From Catajapyx aquilonaris (taxonomy: Eukaryota): a DNA stretch of 58,928 bases. This document shows, piece after piece, positions 1 through 10,383 of the stretch. The position numbers were made by a program, and so were the translations under genes. The notes beneath the pieces were generated by a model, which searched no databases, had not been told where the DNA came from, and was given only the letters and a program-made list of their open reading frames with translations. Positions within the stretch are counted from its first letter, which is position 1. The number at the start of each line of letters is the position of its first letter. The stretch lies in contig JYFJ02002339.1 in the NCBI GenBank assembly GCA_000934665.2, positions 1 through 58,928 on the forward strand, written 5' to 3'.

Positions 1-469
1 GGGTTTCACATATATTTTTTTAAAAAAAATCGAAGACCATGACTGGGCACCCACCGTCTGGATTGAAATGGAACCAGCCAGGACAGAAACAAAGTAATCT
101 ATCTTATTACATGTTATTTTATTCAAACATTTAAATGATAGACCTAGATGAGAATGTGCAGGGCAACAAAAATAATGTTAATTAACATTATTTTGAACAT
201 GTATAATGCATGTATAATGTGTGTACCTGAGCAGACAGCAGTGGATTCATTGTATTGCCATGTGAGATGGCCAGGTGTGATACCTGATGGTCATCGCTGG
301 CCACCCTGTCATGGAATACAATGAATACGTGAAGGCGGAATGTGTATGTAGGTTACTACAATGTATGTAGTCCATATGTGTGTATAAAATGGTCTATAAA
401 TTGGTATAACTTGCCCAACAAAGCATGTAGTGAGTTCTGTCCATTACATTTGCAGTCAAGTCAAGTTAA

Positions 470-1511
470 AAATAAACAATATAAAACGCAAGAATGGAAG
501 CATTGGAAATAAGAGAATATTCTAGTTCATAATGTCCAAGTGTACTGAAATAATGAGATTTTCTTAGTCAGGATAATAAACAACTTCTTTTCTAGTAGGA
601 GTTCACATTTCATCAAGCGTAGCTATTTTTCATTCAATGTCCTTTGATTCAATGAATATAATATTAATATTTGGATAAACTCTATGGGCAACTTCTGCAA
701 ATTCTCCAGCTGCGTTTGGATCAAACTGTCTGGCATTGATGGCTTCTCAAACTCTATACATTTTATCTTCAAAGCGTCTCTCTCACTAAAAGTCACAATT
801 TTTTTTAGAAATTACACCTGTATTTCTGCCTTTCCAAAGCACTTATCTAGGACAGCTCTTACTTCTCTTCTTGCTTTAACTATGACATTTGCTTTTTCTT
901 CCATTCCACTATTGTAAGTGGCATTTTAACAGCCGGGAAACAATAGTGACAGTGGCATCCAAGCCGAAGTGTGACTTACACGACAAGAATTAAATGGCCA
1001 TAATAATGTTCAGGCAAAAATTACCTCAAAATTATTACTATTATTTGAAGGGTCCTACTGTGTAGTGAGAAGGTAATTAATAACAACTTTTAGATTTTGG
1101 TACTATAGCTAAAAATTTTAAAAAAGGTATAAAAACTGTGACTTACACGACACACAAAGATGGTATTTAAACTTGCTAAGTTTTATGCTGAATAAGTCAT
1201 TGCAATGGAATGATAAACATATAGTACATTCATCCAGTTCTTATGAGATAGAAATCACAGTTTACTGCATGAAAAACACTAGATTACTTGTTGAATTATG
1301 AAGATTTTTATGGAGACTTAGAACAAAAAGATTTGCACACCCGCCATATTTGAAATAAACAGTATTGTTAACTTGAATGTATGCGAAAATTCTCTAATAT
1401 CTGTTGAAAAATACAAATACACAATCTCAGCTTTCAGAAAATATCTTAATATCATAGAAATTATTTATTTTAAAATCTGATCCTGATGTATACTTTTGCA
1501 TGGAATTAGCC
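470..1511 (-). mobile_element. Degenerate DNA-transposon remnant (possibly Sola2-like) with decayed transposase-like sequence
   Basis: Minus strand ~540-980 gives stop-interrupted protein-like text (HFGLDA...GMEEKANVIVKARREVRAVLDKCFGKAEIQ...). The end at 1511 reads GGCTAATTCCATGC on minus, resembling the GAGCAATTCCA ends of the 3770-5547 element. It falls where homology between the two peptide-gene copies breaks off. GTGACTTACACGACA is repeated at ~971 and ~1138. The other terminus was not found. Confidence 0.35.
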
Positions 1512-1573
1512 TATAATAATTATTGGGAAGTAGCGATTCATTAACCCTTGAAATCCAGAATACTCTTACCTGC

Positions 1574-2064
1574 TTAGGCTGCTTTTATAGGCTTAGGCTG
1601 CTTAGGCTTCTTACCCTTCTTAGGCGGCCTACGCCCCTTAGGCTTCTTAGGCTTCGTGCTCGTGGTAGGTGGGACGGCAGTAGTTGAGTTTCTGCAGCAT
1701 TGTGCATAACAGGAATCAGAGCGTGGATATGTCTCCTTACAGTCACAAGCTAAAAAAGAGAATTAATGTTATAATGCAGCATATTATAGAATTATTGGAG
1801 ACATAAGTTAGGCTCACAGTCTTCAGACTCTTCTCCTGTGTCCTTCGAGGTAGTAGTTTGACTCTGGCATGTTTCATAACAGGGATCATCAGGTGTGTAT
1901 GTCTCAGTTCCATCACAGAAGCAATCTAAATAATAATAATTTTATAATACAACATATTGGAGACATAAGTTAGGCTCACAGTCTTCCTCTTCTCCTGTGC
2001 CCATTGCAATCAATGCAGTGACCAAGAAGAACACAGGAACCAGGTATCTCAGAAGTGATGCCAT
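1574..2064 (-). CDS. Small secreted cysteine-rich protein, copy 1 (122 aa; 3 coding exons 2064-1980, 1925-1818, 1749-1574)
   Basis: Manual splice gives MASLLRYLVPVFFLVTALIAMGTGEEEDYCFCDGTETYTPDDPCYETCQSQTTTSKDTGEESEDSCDCKETYPRSDSCYAQCCRNSTTAVPPTTSTKPKKPKGRRPPKKGKKPKQPKPIKAA*. Both introns are canonical phase-1 GTGAG...TTTAG. Hydrophobic signal peptide, upstream TATA box, and a paralog at 7038-7315. Confidence 0.85.
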
Positions 2065-2142
2065 CTCGATGTTGAATCAGTGATGATAAGAATCTAACTG
2101 AGCTGTGTAGTATCAGTAAGCCAGTGAATAATATGTCATCGC

Positions 2143-2149
2143 ATTTATA
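2143..2149 (-). promoter_or_regulatory. TATA box of peptide gene copy 1
   Basis: TATAAAT on minus ~80 bp upstream of the ATG; conserved in position in copy 2 (7391-7399). Confidence 0.6.
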
Positions 2150-4544
2150 GGAAAGGTTGAATATATGACATTGCATCACTGCGTGCAGTTACAATATTGC
2201 TGTGCCAATAACAAACCAGATGTGGTTTCGCATGATGTTTGCAACAACAATATTTTATACAGCACATGTGAAATTAAAATGTTCCGCATAGGCCTACAAA
2301 AGTACAGAAATTATAGCCCAATTCCATACAAGCGTACTACCTGGGAATTTTAAAGCAGGGCTCACCATATACAATATTGTATTTGTAGTAGGAAAATTTA
2401 TTCAGTATCCTTCAGTGAGTCACATCATGTGAATATGGCACATGTGGGAACGATCGAAGCACGTGAACAATGCTAGTTTCCTCACATAGTCATTAGTCAT
2501 TATAGTGCCTTGTGCACTATAGAGATATAGATGCATTAATATTTTATGAGGTCATCATATAACTACCCCATAGGTTTTTAGATATAATGATTTCAGGATT
2601 GTCACACACACCATGCCTGGTATCAACAGTTCAAAAAGATACTGTTGATACAAAAATACCCCCAAAATTTTAAAATGTCCTTTTTACAAAAAAAAAACCC
2701 TGTCAAGAGCAATGAATTATTCTAAACTGTCAATATTTTTATCAGCCCAGTAATATTGTTCGTAGTTGATTTTATCACCGTAACATTTGGGCTGTTGACC
2801 AGAGTAATCAGCCTCACAGCCTGCAACCATTCAACAATTATTAAAATACAGTAGTATTCTTCACTTTTTATCAACATATTGCCAGAGAAAAGGACGTGAT
2901 AATTATTTCTATTAATCTCCCCATATAATTTCTTTTGACCCCAAAGTGTCACTGGTCGTTTATCAGAATTGACAATGGAATATTTGAAAACAATACTATT
3001 TTTCTTATTAACTTCTAGACTAGTATTCTAGTGTCTCCACTAGAGAAGGAATGGCTAATATTAGCTTTTAACATATTTTCTTGGGGAAGATTATTTCTGC
3101 GCCAATCGGGACACTCTCATCATTCTCTGAGTGTGGAGACAGTCCGAAACATTTTTTTTGTAAGAGGAGAAAAATGCGATTGCCTCTGATCATTAAAGTC
3201 GTTAAATCCATTCTCAAATTTCTAATCATGGCAGTAAAGGTGAACCCCCGTATTATACAGTTGCCGGGGATTTTTTTTTTTTTAAAAAATATCCTCGTTC
3301 TAACCAACTTGTTTCAATCTAATTTCAACATGTCACTTAATATGGGCTTTTGTCGTTTGGTGTCCTGGCGTGGTACTTGGGACCATTGTGATGAAACGAC
3401 GTTGTCTTGTCGTCCGCGCCGGCTACTCAATACTATACTGTAGGTTCGGTTCACACACAGGTTTATTAGATCTTGCCCCACAAGGGCCTAGGATACATAT
3501 ACAACTCCTATATAGGGAGAAAAAGGAAGGAGCAGAGGGCTCCTTCTTAGGCTCATCCTGCTTCAACTGCTACGAACGACGAAGAAGCTGTATAGGCATG
3601 TAGGATGAACTGGTAGTAGAATATTTCACTTTTCAAGTATATGATCCAGTTACTTCGTGTGTACGTCGAAAGGCCAATTTCAAGCGTCGCCAGCTAACCA
3701 ATATAAATATGGAATAACTGCTAGTTTGTTACTGTGCTACAAAATTCTATGGCCAACAGTAAGGCTATAGAGCAATTCCACGAAAATGTCAACATGACAG
3801 CATGGAAAAAAATTTATCGTAGGAGAAAATTTTCTCTGCACGTTCAAAGGGCATAGTCCAAATTTCATTGCAGTACAAAGAGACTCTCGTTTCGTACATG
3901 TGTGAAGGTGTGGAGACAACGTACAGTACATATGTGACTCATTTTGCATGGGTGTACAAGCTCACTGAGGAAGCACACAAAGAGACGGCCGTCGCAATTT
4001 GCACATGCGACTTGCTGAAATGTATCCGCGCAGAATAGTTACCTACGATTATCACAGTGCAAATGTATATGCGGAAAAACTAGATTAAATATTTCCGGAG
4101 TTACACGGACCAATAATCAGTCACCCCTCCCTAGAACGGGTAACGTCCGTAACGAGAACACGACAAAGCTCCTGTCACATGGAGGGTAAGTTGTCGATCG
4201 CCACCATTCTTCGTATCTAATTTTGGGTCATCAAGGGAAATGATATGATGACACAATTTCCTGAAATTAATGTCCATTAATGGGCTAATGTGCGTTACGG
4301 ACGTTAGCTGTTACGTCCGTAACGGAACTTGCTCGATATCTAACTGCATCCAAAACGAATAAACATGAACATGATCAAGACCACACAATGCCATCATATC
4401 ATGCCAATTAAAATGCGGCGATTAAATGCGCCAATTAAATACGAAAATTAAATACGGAAATTCAATGTGGCAATGCAATATAGCAACCATCACCTCACTA
4501 AGCTCACTGAGCAGTCAACTCAGAGACTAGATGCACTGTCTATA

Positions 4545-4668
4545 TCCTCCTGAGACCTGATGTCCAATATATTGGACATCAGCAAAAATAAAAAGGTGTG
4601 AACTGAAATTGACGCCAATTTTTATTTTTGCTGATGTCCAATATATTGGACATCGGGTCTCAGGAGGA
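4545..4668. mobile_element. 124-bp MITE nested in the Sola2-like element
   Basis: ~50-bp TIRs TCCTCCTGAGACC(T/C)GATGTCCAATATATTGGACATCAGCAAAAATAAAAA with one mismatch; flanked by TATA at 4541-4544 and 4669-4672. Confidence 0.8.
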
Positions 4669-4759
4669 TATATAAGAATATTCAAGCAGTGACACTACAC
4701 TAACACATTCATTTTACTGGAAGTGGGTTAATTTTTCAGTATATGACTGTAATGCACAG

Positions 4760-4890
4760 TTTTGTATGTCATACGCATTTTTTGTATGCCCACATTATTT
4801 TTCATGTCATACCAAGAGCTAATGATCATACCCTTTTTTGTGTCACATTTTTGTATGTCATGCATAATTTTTAGCATGTCATGCACATTG
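4760..4890. repeat. Degenerate ~20-bp tandem repeat (TTTTGTATGTCATACGCATT-like)
   Basis: Several imperfect copies visible inside the transposon. Confidence 0.55.
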
Positions 4891-5769
4891 TCTGAGCTTG
4901 CTGACATGATTGATGACGAATGTATGTTTTTGGTTTAAATTATGACCCTCCATTATAGGTCCATTATTAGTAAAAAGAACATATACTGTAACCTGTTTCG
5001 TTTACCAAATCACATTAAAATACATACTGAGTTGATGCTGTTGTTTCATATTATATGTATGCCACGCACAGTACTTCGATTCGACTTCTAAAGCCTATTT
5101 AGTAAGGTGTTGTTACGCCCGTGTCGATCGGGTAACGTCCGTAACGCCGGGATAACGTCCGTAACGCAGGAACATTTGTCCATTGTTGGCGAACTATGGC
5201 TGCAATTGCTCTACGAGTCAAGTCATTATACGAACACACCGTTCTTGCAATGGACCCTGTAGAAGAAAGTTCCATAACCTTACATAATTCGCAGGAATTT
5301 CGTATACTTTAACCCCCCTCGTATTAGGTTGTTCAAACCAGGTAACGTCCGTAACGAGCACAATAACGCGACTGTCCCTCTCGTGTGTATATGTAGGAGG
5401 TCGGTTCATGGTGTATATGAAAGCACACATCCTTATTGTTCCTTTGGCCATACCCATTTCATCATCACTCGCATGCACCATCGTGGAAGCAGCGATCTTG
5501 CCCCCTTTGCGCTTGCGATGATAACGTCCGTAACGCTGGAATTGCTCTATACTGTAATATTATTGTACAGGAATGAAAATGACTGAATTAGGACCTGGTT
5601 GATTCTTACTGTCTATACGTATTTAAGAGCCTATTTTGACTGTTTTCAGGGCATAAATGCCTACCTTTTTCAGGGTTTTTAGAACCTAAAAATCAGTTCT
5701 TTAGTAATCAATATTCTATGGCCAAAAGTATATATATGAATTTCTTCTCTCATCTATCGACGTCGTCTC

Positions 5770-6160
5770 GTTATAGCGGGTAGCGCCTATTTGATTGTTG
5801 TTCACGTGGCGCAAAAGGAATCCTTTGCTTCTCATTGTCCGGTTGTTCTGTCGGGCGACTAAAAACACCCACGAAGACCACACCATGTGATCCTGCCAAA
5901 GGACAATCAATTGAAGTGACTGGTGGATTCCAAAAGACAATCCCAAGACGCAGACAGCTCCGAATCAGTATACATATATATGGTATAGGACAAGCTAGAT
6001 CCCACCAGGATAATCAGAATAACGACATTGCGAATAATACGCCAATGAATAATTTATTCATTTTCCATACAACGCCTTAATCGTCCAGAAAAATTGGCAT
6101 TCTACTAGTGTATAGCAGGGTGTCAGCCTCTTCATACGAGGGCAGTCTCGCACATCTGTC
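5770..6160 (-). pseudogene. Possible decayed fragment of a type II membrane protein gene
   Basis: Across three frames: RLPSYEEADTLL..., hydrophobic RIIRNVVILIILVGSSLSYTIYMY, then DCPLAGSHGVVFVGVFSRPTEQ; joined only through frameshifts and stops. Confidence 0.2.
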
Positions 6161-7037
6161 CACAAAATGAATTAGCACCCGTCTTAATATATTGCTGATG
6201 GCGAATTCGGTAACAACAATGTAACATCATATGTTCATTTGCGGATATTTGTGTCATCATGTCGAGGTCGAGGCGAAACTGTAAAGGTCCATTAAGTGAT
6301 GTAGGAGGGAAGGGGTTAAGTTTTTATATTTTTTGCAGAAGATCAGCAATGACATTATGTGGATAAGAATGGAAAAAGCGATGCAATAATTTGGCTTCAT
6401 GCGTAATTTAATAGAGATTCTGAAAGTTTGAATTTACATTGTACCAATAATAACATATCAATAACAAGAATGTGCGATTGGATTTCTGTGGTAGAGCTTC
6501 TAAATGTCTTGTCCATCATGGTATCGTCCGTTCCGGTCATTTCTGTAAGAAAATAATTCGCAATCATTAGCTCATTCATTTTTTCCCACTAGATTAAGGT
6601 TGTACTTATTTTACAATCACAAACATACCGTACATATAATTATGTAAGCATAATTGCTCGCTTCCTATAAGTAGGCAGACGCAATAGTTTTTCACAAGGG
6701 GTACCCTTCTATCATGCACAATAAACACCCAGCAGTAAAATTTTACCCAAAGCAGTGAGCAAGGTCAATATGAGAGCCACTCACTGGTCACCTTTGCCTT
6801 TGAAAGTTGTACCATACTGTAGAGAAATTCCGCCTAATATTCTTTTGGCATTTAACTACTTGCGCAGAGAAATCACTCTACTTTTAAGCGTATGCTTATA
6901 TAGGATCAGTTGTTGCGATTACGAGTGATCACTTGTGGTTAAGGCATATCAAGGCTTACTTTAGATATGATTATACAGTATAATAATTATTGGGAAGTAG
7001 CGATTCATTAACCCTTGAAATCCAGAATACTCTTACC

Positions 7038-7315
7038 TTAAGGCATCGTGGTAGGTGGGACGGCAGTAGTTGATGAGTTTCTGCAGCATTGTGCATAACA
7101 GGGATCAGAGCGTGGATATGTCTCCTTACAGTCACAAGCTAAAAAAGAGAATTAATCGGAATTAATGTTATAATGCAGCATATTAGAAACACAAGAGCTT
7201 TGTGATCGTATAGGTTTGGCATACCAGCAGGAGTCTCTGCTCCAGTGCCCATTGCGATCAATGCAATGAGCATGAAGAAAAACACGGGGACAACGGTTCT
7301 CAGGAGTGATGCCAT
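7038..7315 (-). CDS. Small secreted cysteine-rich peptide, copy 2 (63 aa; coding exons 7315-7225, 7138-7038)
   Basis: Manual splice gives MASLLRTVVPVFFFMLIALIAMGTGAETPAACDCKETYPRSDPCYAQCCRNSSTTAVPPTTMP*. Phase-1 GTATG...TTTAG intron and a signal peptide. Clear paralog of 1574-2064, including ~400 bp of upstream sequence. Confidence 0.85.
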
Positions 7316-7390
7316 CTCGATGTTGATTCAGTGATGATCGGAATCCAACTTAGCTAGGTGTAATGGTAATCCAGTGGATAATGTCACCCC

Positions 7391-7399
7391 ATTTATATA
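7391..7399 (-). promoter_or_regulatory. TATA box of peptide gene copy 2
   Basis: TATATAAAT on minus ~80 bp upstream of the ATG, homologous to 2143-2149. Confidence 0.6.
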
Positions 7400-8104
7400 G
7401 GAAAGGTGGGATATACGAATATTAGTCACTGAGCAATTCCAACTTTACTGTGCCAATAGGAAACGCTCAGGAAAAGTGCAACCAGCAGATGTGGGTCTCG
7501 CAATTACGGTTGCCAAATAACAACGACATAATTATACCGGCATATGCATGAAATAAAAAAATGTGTGTAGGTCTAAGTAGTAGTCGGAAAAGAATCGTTA
7601 AATGAGTCACATAAATAGTGACAGATGTGATCGAAGCTCGTGATCACTGATAGTTTCCTCAAGCCTTACTCATCGTAGTGCCTTCTGCTGCATATACAGA
7701 GAAGTGTTTACGAGACCGTCATAAAAAATAATCAAGGAAGGCAATTCGGGAAACTGCCTAATTGGCCTATAGATATAATTTTAGCTATAGCCTACACAAT
7801 GCATAGCTGCAGTCTGCAGACATAACAAATATCATAAACAACTGGCGGATATAGCTTTATGATGCCGCACTGCAATATGGCATCCATCAGATATTATTGC
7901 GACACAACGGGCCCATTCCACGTGCCTGCACCCAGCAAATCATAAAATCCCTATACCAGGCAGTGATTAAATGTCCTAAATTCATATTCAATACGAGTAT
8001 AATAATAAAGTTCAGAATGATGTCGGTAATTATTCACAATATAATAATGAAAGTGCACTCCAATTTCAATTCTTGCACATGTGCATTTTGTGCAATCTGG
8101 CAAA

Positions 8105-10048
8105 CTAATTAGGACCATTAGTGCGAACACCGACAATTTCAGCAATGAAAATAAGTAGGCTGAGTGCTAAGAAAATGCACATTAGTGCAAGCGAGCCTTT
8201 CATGTGCTCCACACTCAGCGCCATTGAAAACTCGTACAGAATGTCCTTCTTTCTGGCATCCTTCAGTCCCATCCTTAAAAACGAGCTGACAAAGTCGTTC
8301 GAATACTTGTTGTAAATCCCCGCCTGGTTCATGTACATTTGAATCCGACCAGCCAATGGACTCAGGAGAAAATACTTGGGAAAAGCTACTCCGGTCAGCA
8401 TAGACAACGAGCTGTCATCCACAATTTGCACAGGAATCTTCCCTTCTTTATCCAGAGCCTGGTAAGCCATGGCTAACAGCAACTCTGGGAGAGCCATGCA
8501 ACTAAAGTCCTCCTGGATAGCTTTGGTTAAACAGGTTTTCATATCTCCGCCATTCTGAAGCTTCGGTCTGATGTCATGATGGTAGTCGACTTCTGATTCT
8601 GATATGAACGCTTCCATGTACGGTTTGACCCAGTCCAACACGCCCCACTGCCAGTCGGGCCAGTACACCATTTCCCTCAGGTTGTTCGGGAGTGACTCCA
8701 TCTCAGGAGAGACCAGAAACCCGAAGAATTTGGCCTCGTATCCGCAAACTATGAGATCACTGAAGAGCCACCAAAACGCGATTAGAATCCTGAGGGACGA
8801 CGGACGCGGAATTGTGTTTGGATTTTCCTCAATCAGTGCAGAGAAAATGTACCGGAGTGAATACAAAGCCAGAGATCGAGGTGGTTGTCTGTCGAAAGGT
8901 TTTGCGACTGACATCTTCAGGAGGAGGAGGAACACGATGCTGGTCACTGCAGCTGTGGTCAGCACGAGTCCCCACATGTCAGGGGTGAAAGGAAACGCGA
9001 TGGAATACCAGGAGAAGAGACGTCGAGGCACGCGTCGGAAGAAGGTGATAGACGTGGTGCAAAAGTTGAATGGAATGTCCAGCACACTGACCACATCTGC
9101 AGTGCCCAGTGCATAAGCGTAGTGGACCTCTCTGAGCACCAGTTGTCCAGCCATGCCCGTCCAGTTTCCGTCTGGAAGCTGGGTTTCCGAGCTGCCACCT
9201 GGCACTTCAGGAGATGCGTCGACGTGCCAATCGAACCTCATCGCTTCTGCAACAGTACCTAAAATCCTGAGGTACGGAATCACAGGCAGGTCGTTCTCCA
9301 GCATGAACTTCAATTCGTCAGGCGACCCTCCAATGGGATAAGACCCGTTCAAATGGGCCTGATGACCATCGCGAAAGTCCGGAAACAGATCCAAACCACT
9401 GGGACTTATTCCGGTCTTCAAGTCGTACCGACCACTTGAAACAACCTTGTGTCTACCGTCGTCGCAAAAGTGACAGTTGCTGGCAATGGCGACAGAGTCC
9501 GACTCGTACAGCAGGCCCATTTGATGCAGAAAGTTGTAGTCGTTTCTCAGCATGTCTGATCTGACGTCTGAATCGGGGCTGAAGTACACGAACACGTCCT
9601 TTCTGGGATCAACCCTGACTACTCTCGCCACGTGCTTGATCAACGTTTCGAAGTTGCCTTTGTGGTACATCAACACTACGACAGCGCAGTTGCTCAGATG
9701 AATCGCGGTCTTTCGTTCCAACCATGAGAAGAAGTATTCGAAATTTCCAGGTCCGGTGTTGGGTTGGGGAGCAGGTGTGGAGTCTGTCAACTGGATAGAA
9801 GTCACTGCACCCCAGATGCTGCCCACTTGTTTAAGCAGCCTCGAAGCTGACGGCAATGTCTTGTAGTCATGTCCAAGCACGAACAGGCAACCACTTTTGG
9901 CCTTATGGACTGCTTGGACCAGCGAGGACACCAGAGTCTCTTGAATGTACACGTCCTTCATTGTGTGCAAGGCAATGCCAGCCACGTTCTGAGGTAAGCT
10001 ACACAGTGTCGCAATAATTATTGCAACAATGACCATTGGAGCGTACAT
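8105..10048 (-). CDS. Divergent chemosensory ionotropic receptor (IR, iGluR-related), intronless, paralog A (647 aa)
   Basis: Signal peptide; S1 motif PDGNWTGMAGQLV; pre-M1 PFTPDMW; M1; pore segment SALIEE; PRPSSLRILIAFWWLF; GYEAKFFGFL (degenerate SYTANL); S2 with AFPK and QAGIYNK; final TM ending LLIFIAEI. Single-exon ORF typical of divergent arthropod IRs. Confidence 0.92.
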   Translation of the reverse strand: MYAPMVIVAIIIATLCSLPQNVAGIALHTMKDVYIQETLVSSLVQAVHKAKSGCLFVLGHDYKTLPSASRLLKQVGSIWGAVTSIQLTDSTPAPQPNTGPGNFEYFFSWLERKTAIHLSNCAVVVLMYHKGNFETLIKHVARVVRVDPRKDVFVYFSPDSDVRSDMLRNDYNFLHQMGLLYESDSVAIASNCHFCDDGRHKVVSSGRYDLKTGISPSGLDLFPDFRDGHQAHLNGSYPIGGSPDELKFMLENDLPVIPYLRILGTVAEAMRFDWHVDASPEVPGGSSETQLPDGNWTGMAGQLVLREVHYAYALGTADVVSVLDIPFNFCTTSITFFRRVPRRLFSWYSIAFPFTPDMWGLVLTTAAVTSIVFLLLLKMSVAKPFDRQPPRSLALYSLRYIFSALIEENPNTIPRPSSLRILIAFWWLFSDLIVCGYEAKFFGFLVSPEMESLPNNLREMVYWPDWQWGVLDWVKPYMEAFISESEVDYHHDIRPKLQNGGDMKTCLTKAIQEDFSCMALPELLLAMAYQALDKEGKIPVQIVDDSSLSMLTGVAFPKYFLLSPLAGRIQMYMNQAGIYNKYSNDFVSSFLRMGLKDARKKDILYEFSMALSVEHMKGSLALMCIFLALSLLIFIAEIVGVRTNGPN

Positions 10049-10331
10049 ATTTGAGAACGCTGTAGGCTATTCCTTACTGTATACTGAAGTCACTAGACGA
10101 ATGACATAATGTAAACCCACAGGAGGTGAAGGTGACCTATACAAACATGTCTCGAAGGTTAAATCAACAGCGGCTTGCGCAATATCAGTCACAATTGATG
10201 CAAAATAACAACGTAGTGTACACTCTAAGTTCTTCTTATCTGGTTGTGCTCGTCAGTTCTCTATGCGATTTATAGGTTGAATCAGATGTGATGCATAATT
10301 TAGCGTCACTGCCTTCCTTGTTGACAAAAGC

Positions 10332-10383
10332 CAGTCAGTATCTCTCAGTGAAGCATATATGCTTCACTGAGAGATACTGACTG
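10332..10383. repeat. Perfect 52-bp palindrome upstream of IR paralog A
   Basis: CAGTCAGTATCTCTCAGTGAAGCATA|TATGCTTCACTGAGAGATACTGACTG; only the left half is present in the paralogous region at ~15255-15275. Confidence 0.9.

Larger units (their letters stand above)
3770..5547. mobile_element. Non-autonomous DNA transposon, Sola2-like
   Basis: 11-bp terminal inverted repeats GAGCAATTCCA (3770-3780) / TGGAATTGCTC (5537-5547), flanked both sides by TATA (3766-3769, 5548-5551). The motif TAACGTCCGTAACG recurs at ~4141, ~4295 (reverse), ~4311 (variant), ~5133, ~5153, ~5343 and ~5522. 5'-GRG termini with a 4-bp TSD are described features of Sola2. No transposase ORF. Confidence 0.65.

Noticed and set aside
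1574..1655. TTAGGC-rich run resembling telomeric repeats
   Set aside because: Irregular spacing; it is the antisense of Pro-Lys codons in the peptide gene tail.
1847..1860. GAGGTAGTAGTTTG, similar to let-7
   Set aside because: Antisense to a coding exon (QTTTS) with no precursor hairpin.
3430..3660. Possible 3' end of a LINE on minus (small hairpin, AATAAAC, GAACC repeats)
   Set aside because: No reverse-transcriptase remnant or TSD visible; too weak to call.
7951..8145. 64-aa ORF with hydrophobic start overlapping the IR A stop, or stop-codon readthrough
   Set aside because: Not preserved in paralog B, and in-frame stops follow shortly after both IR stops.
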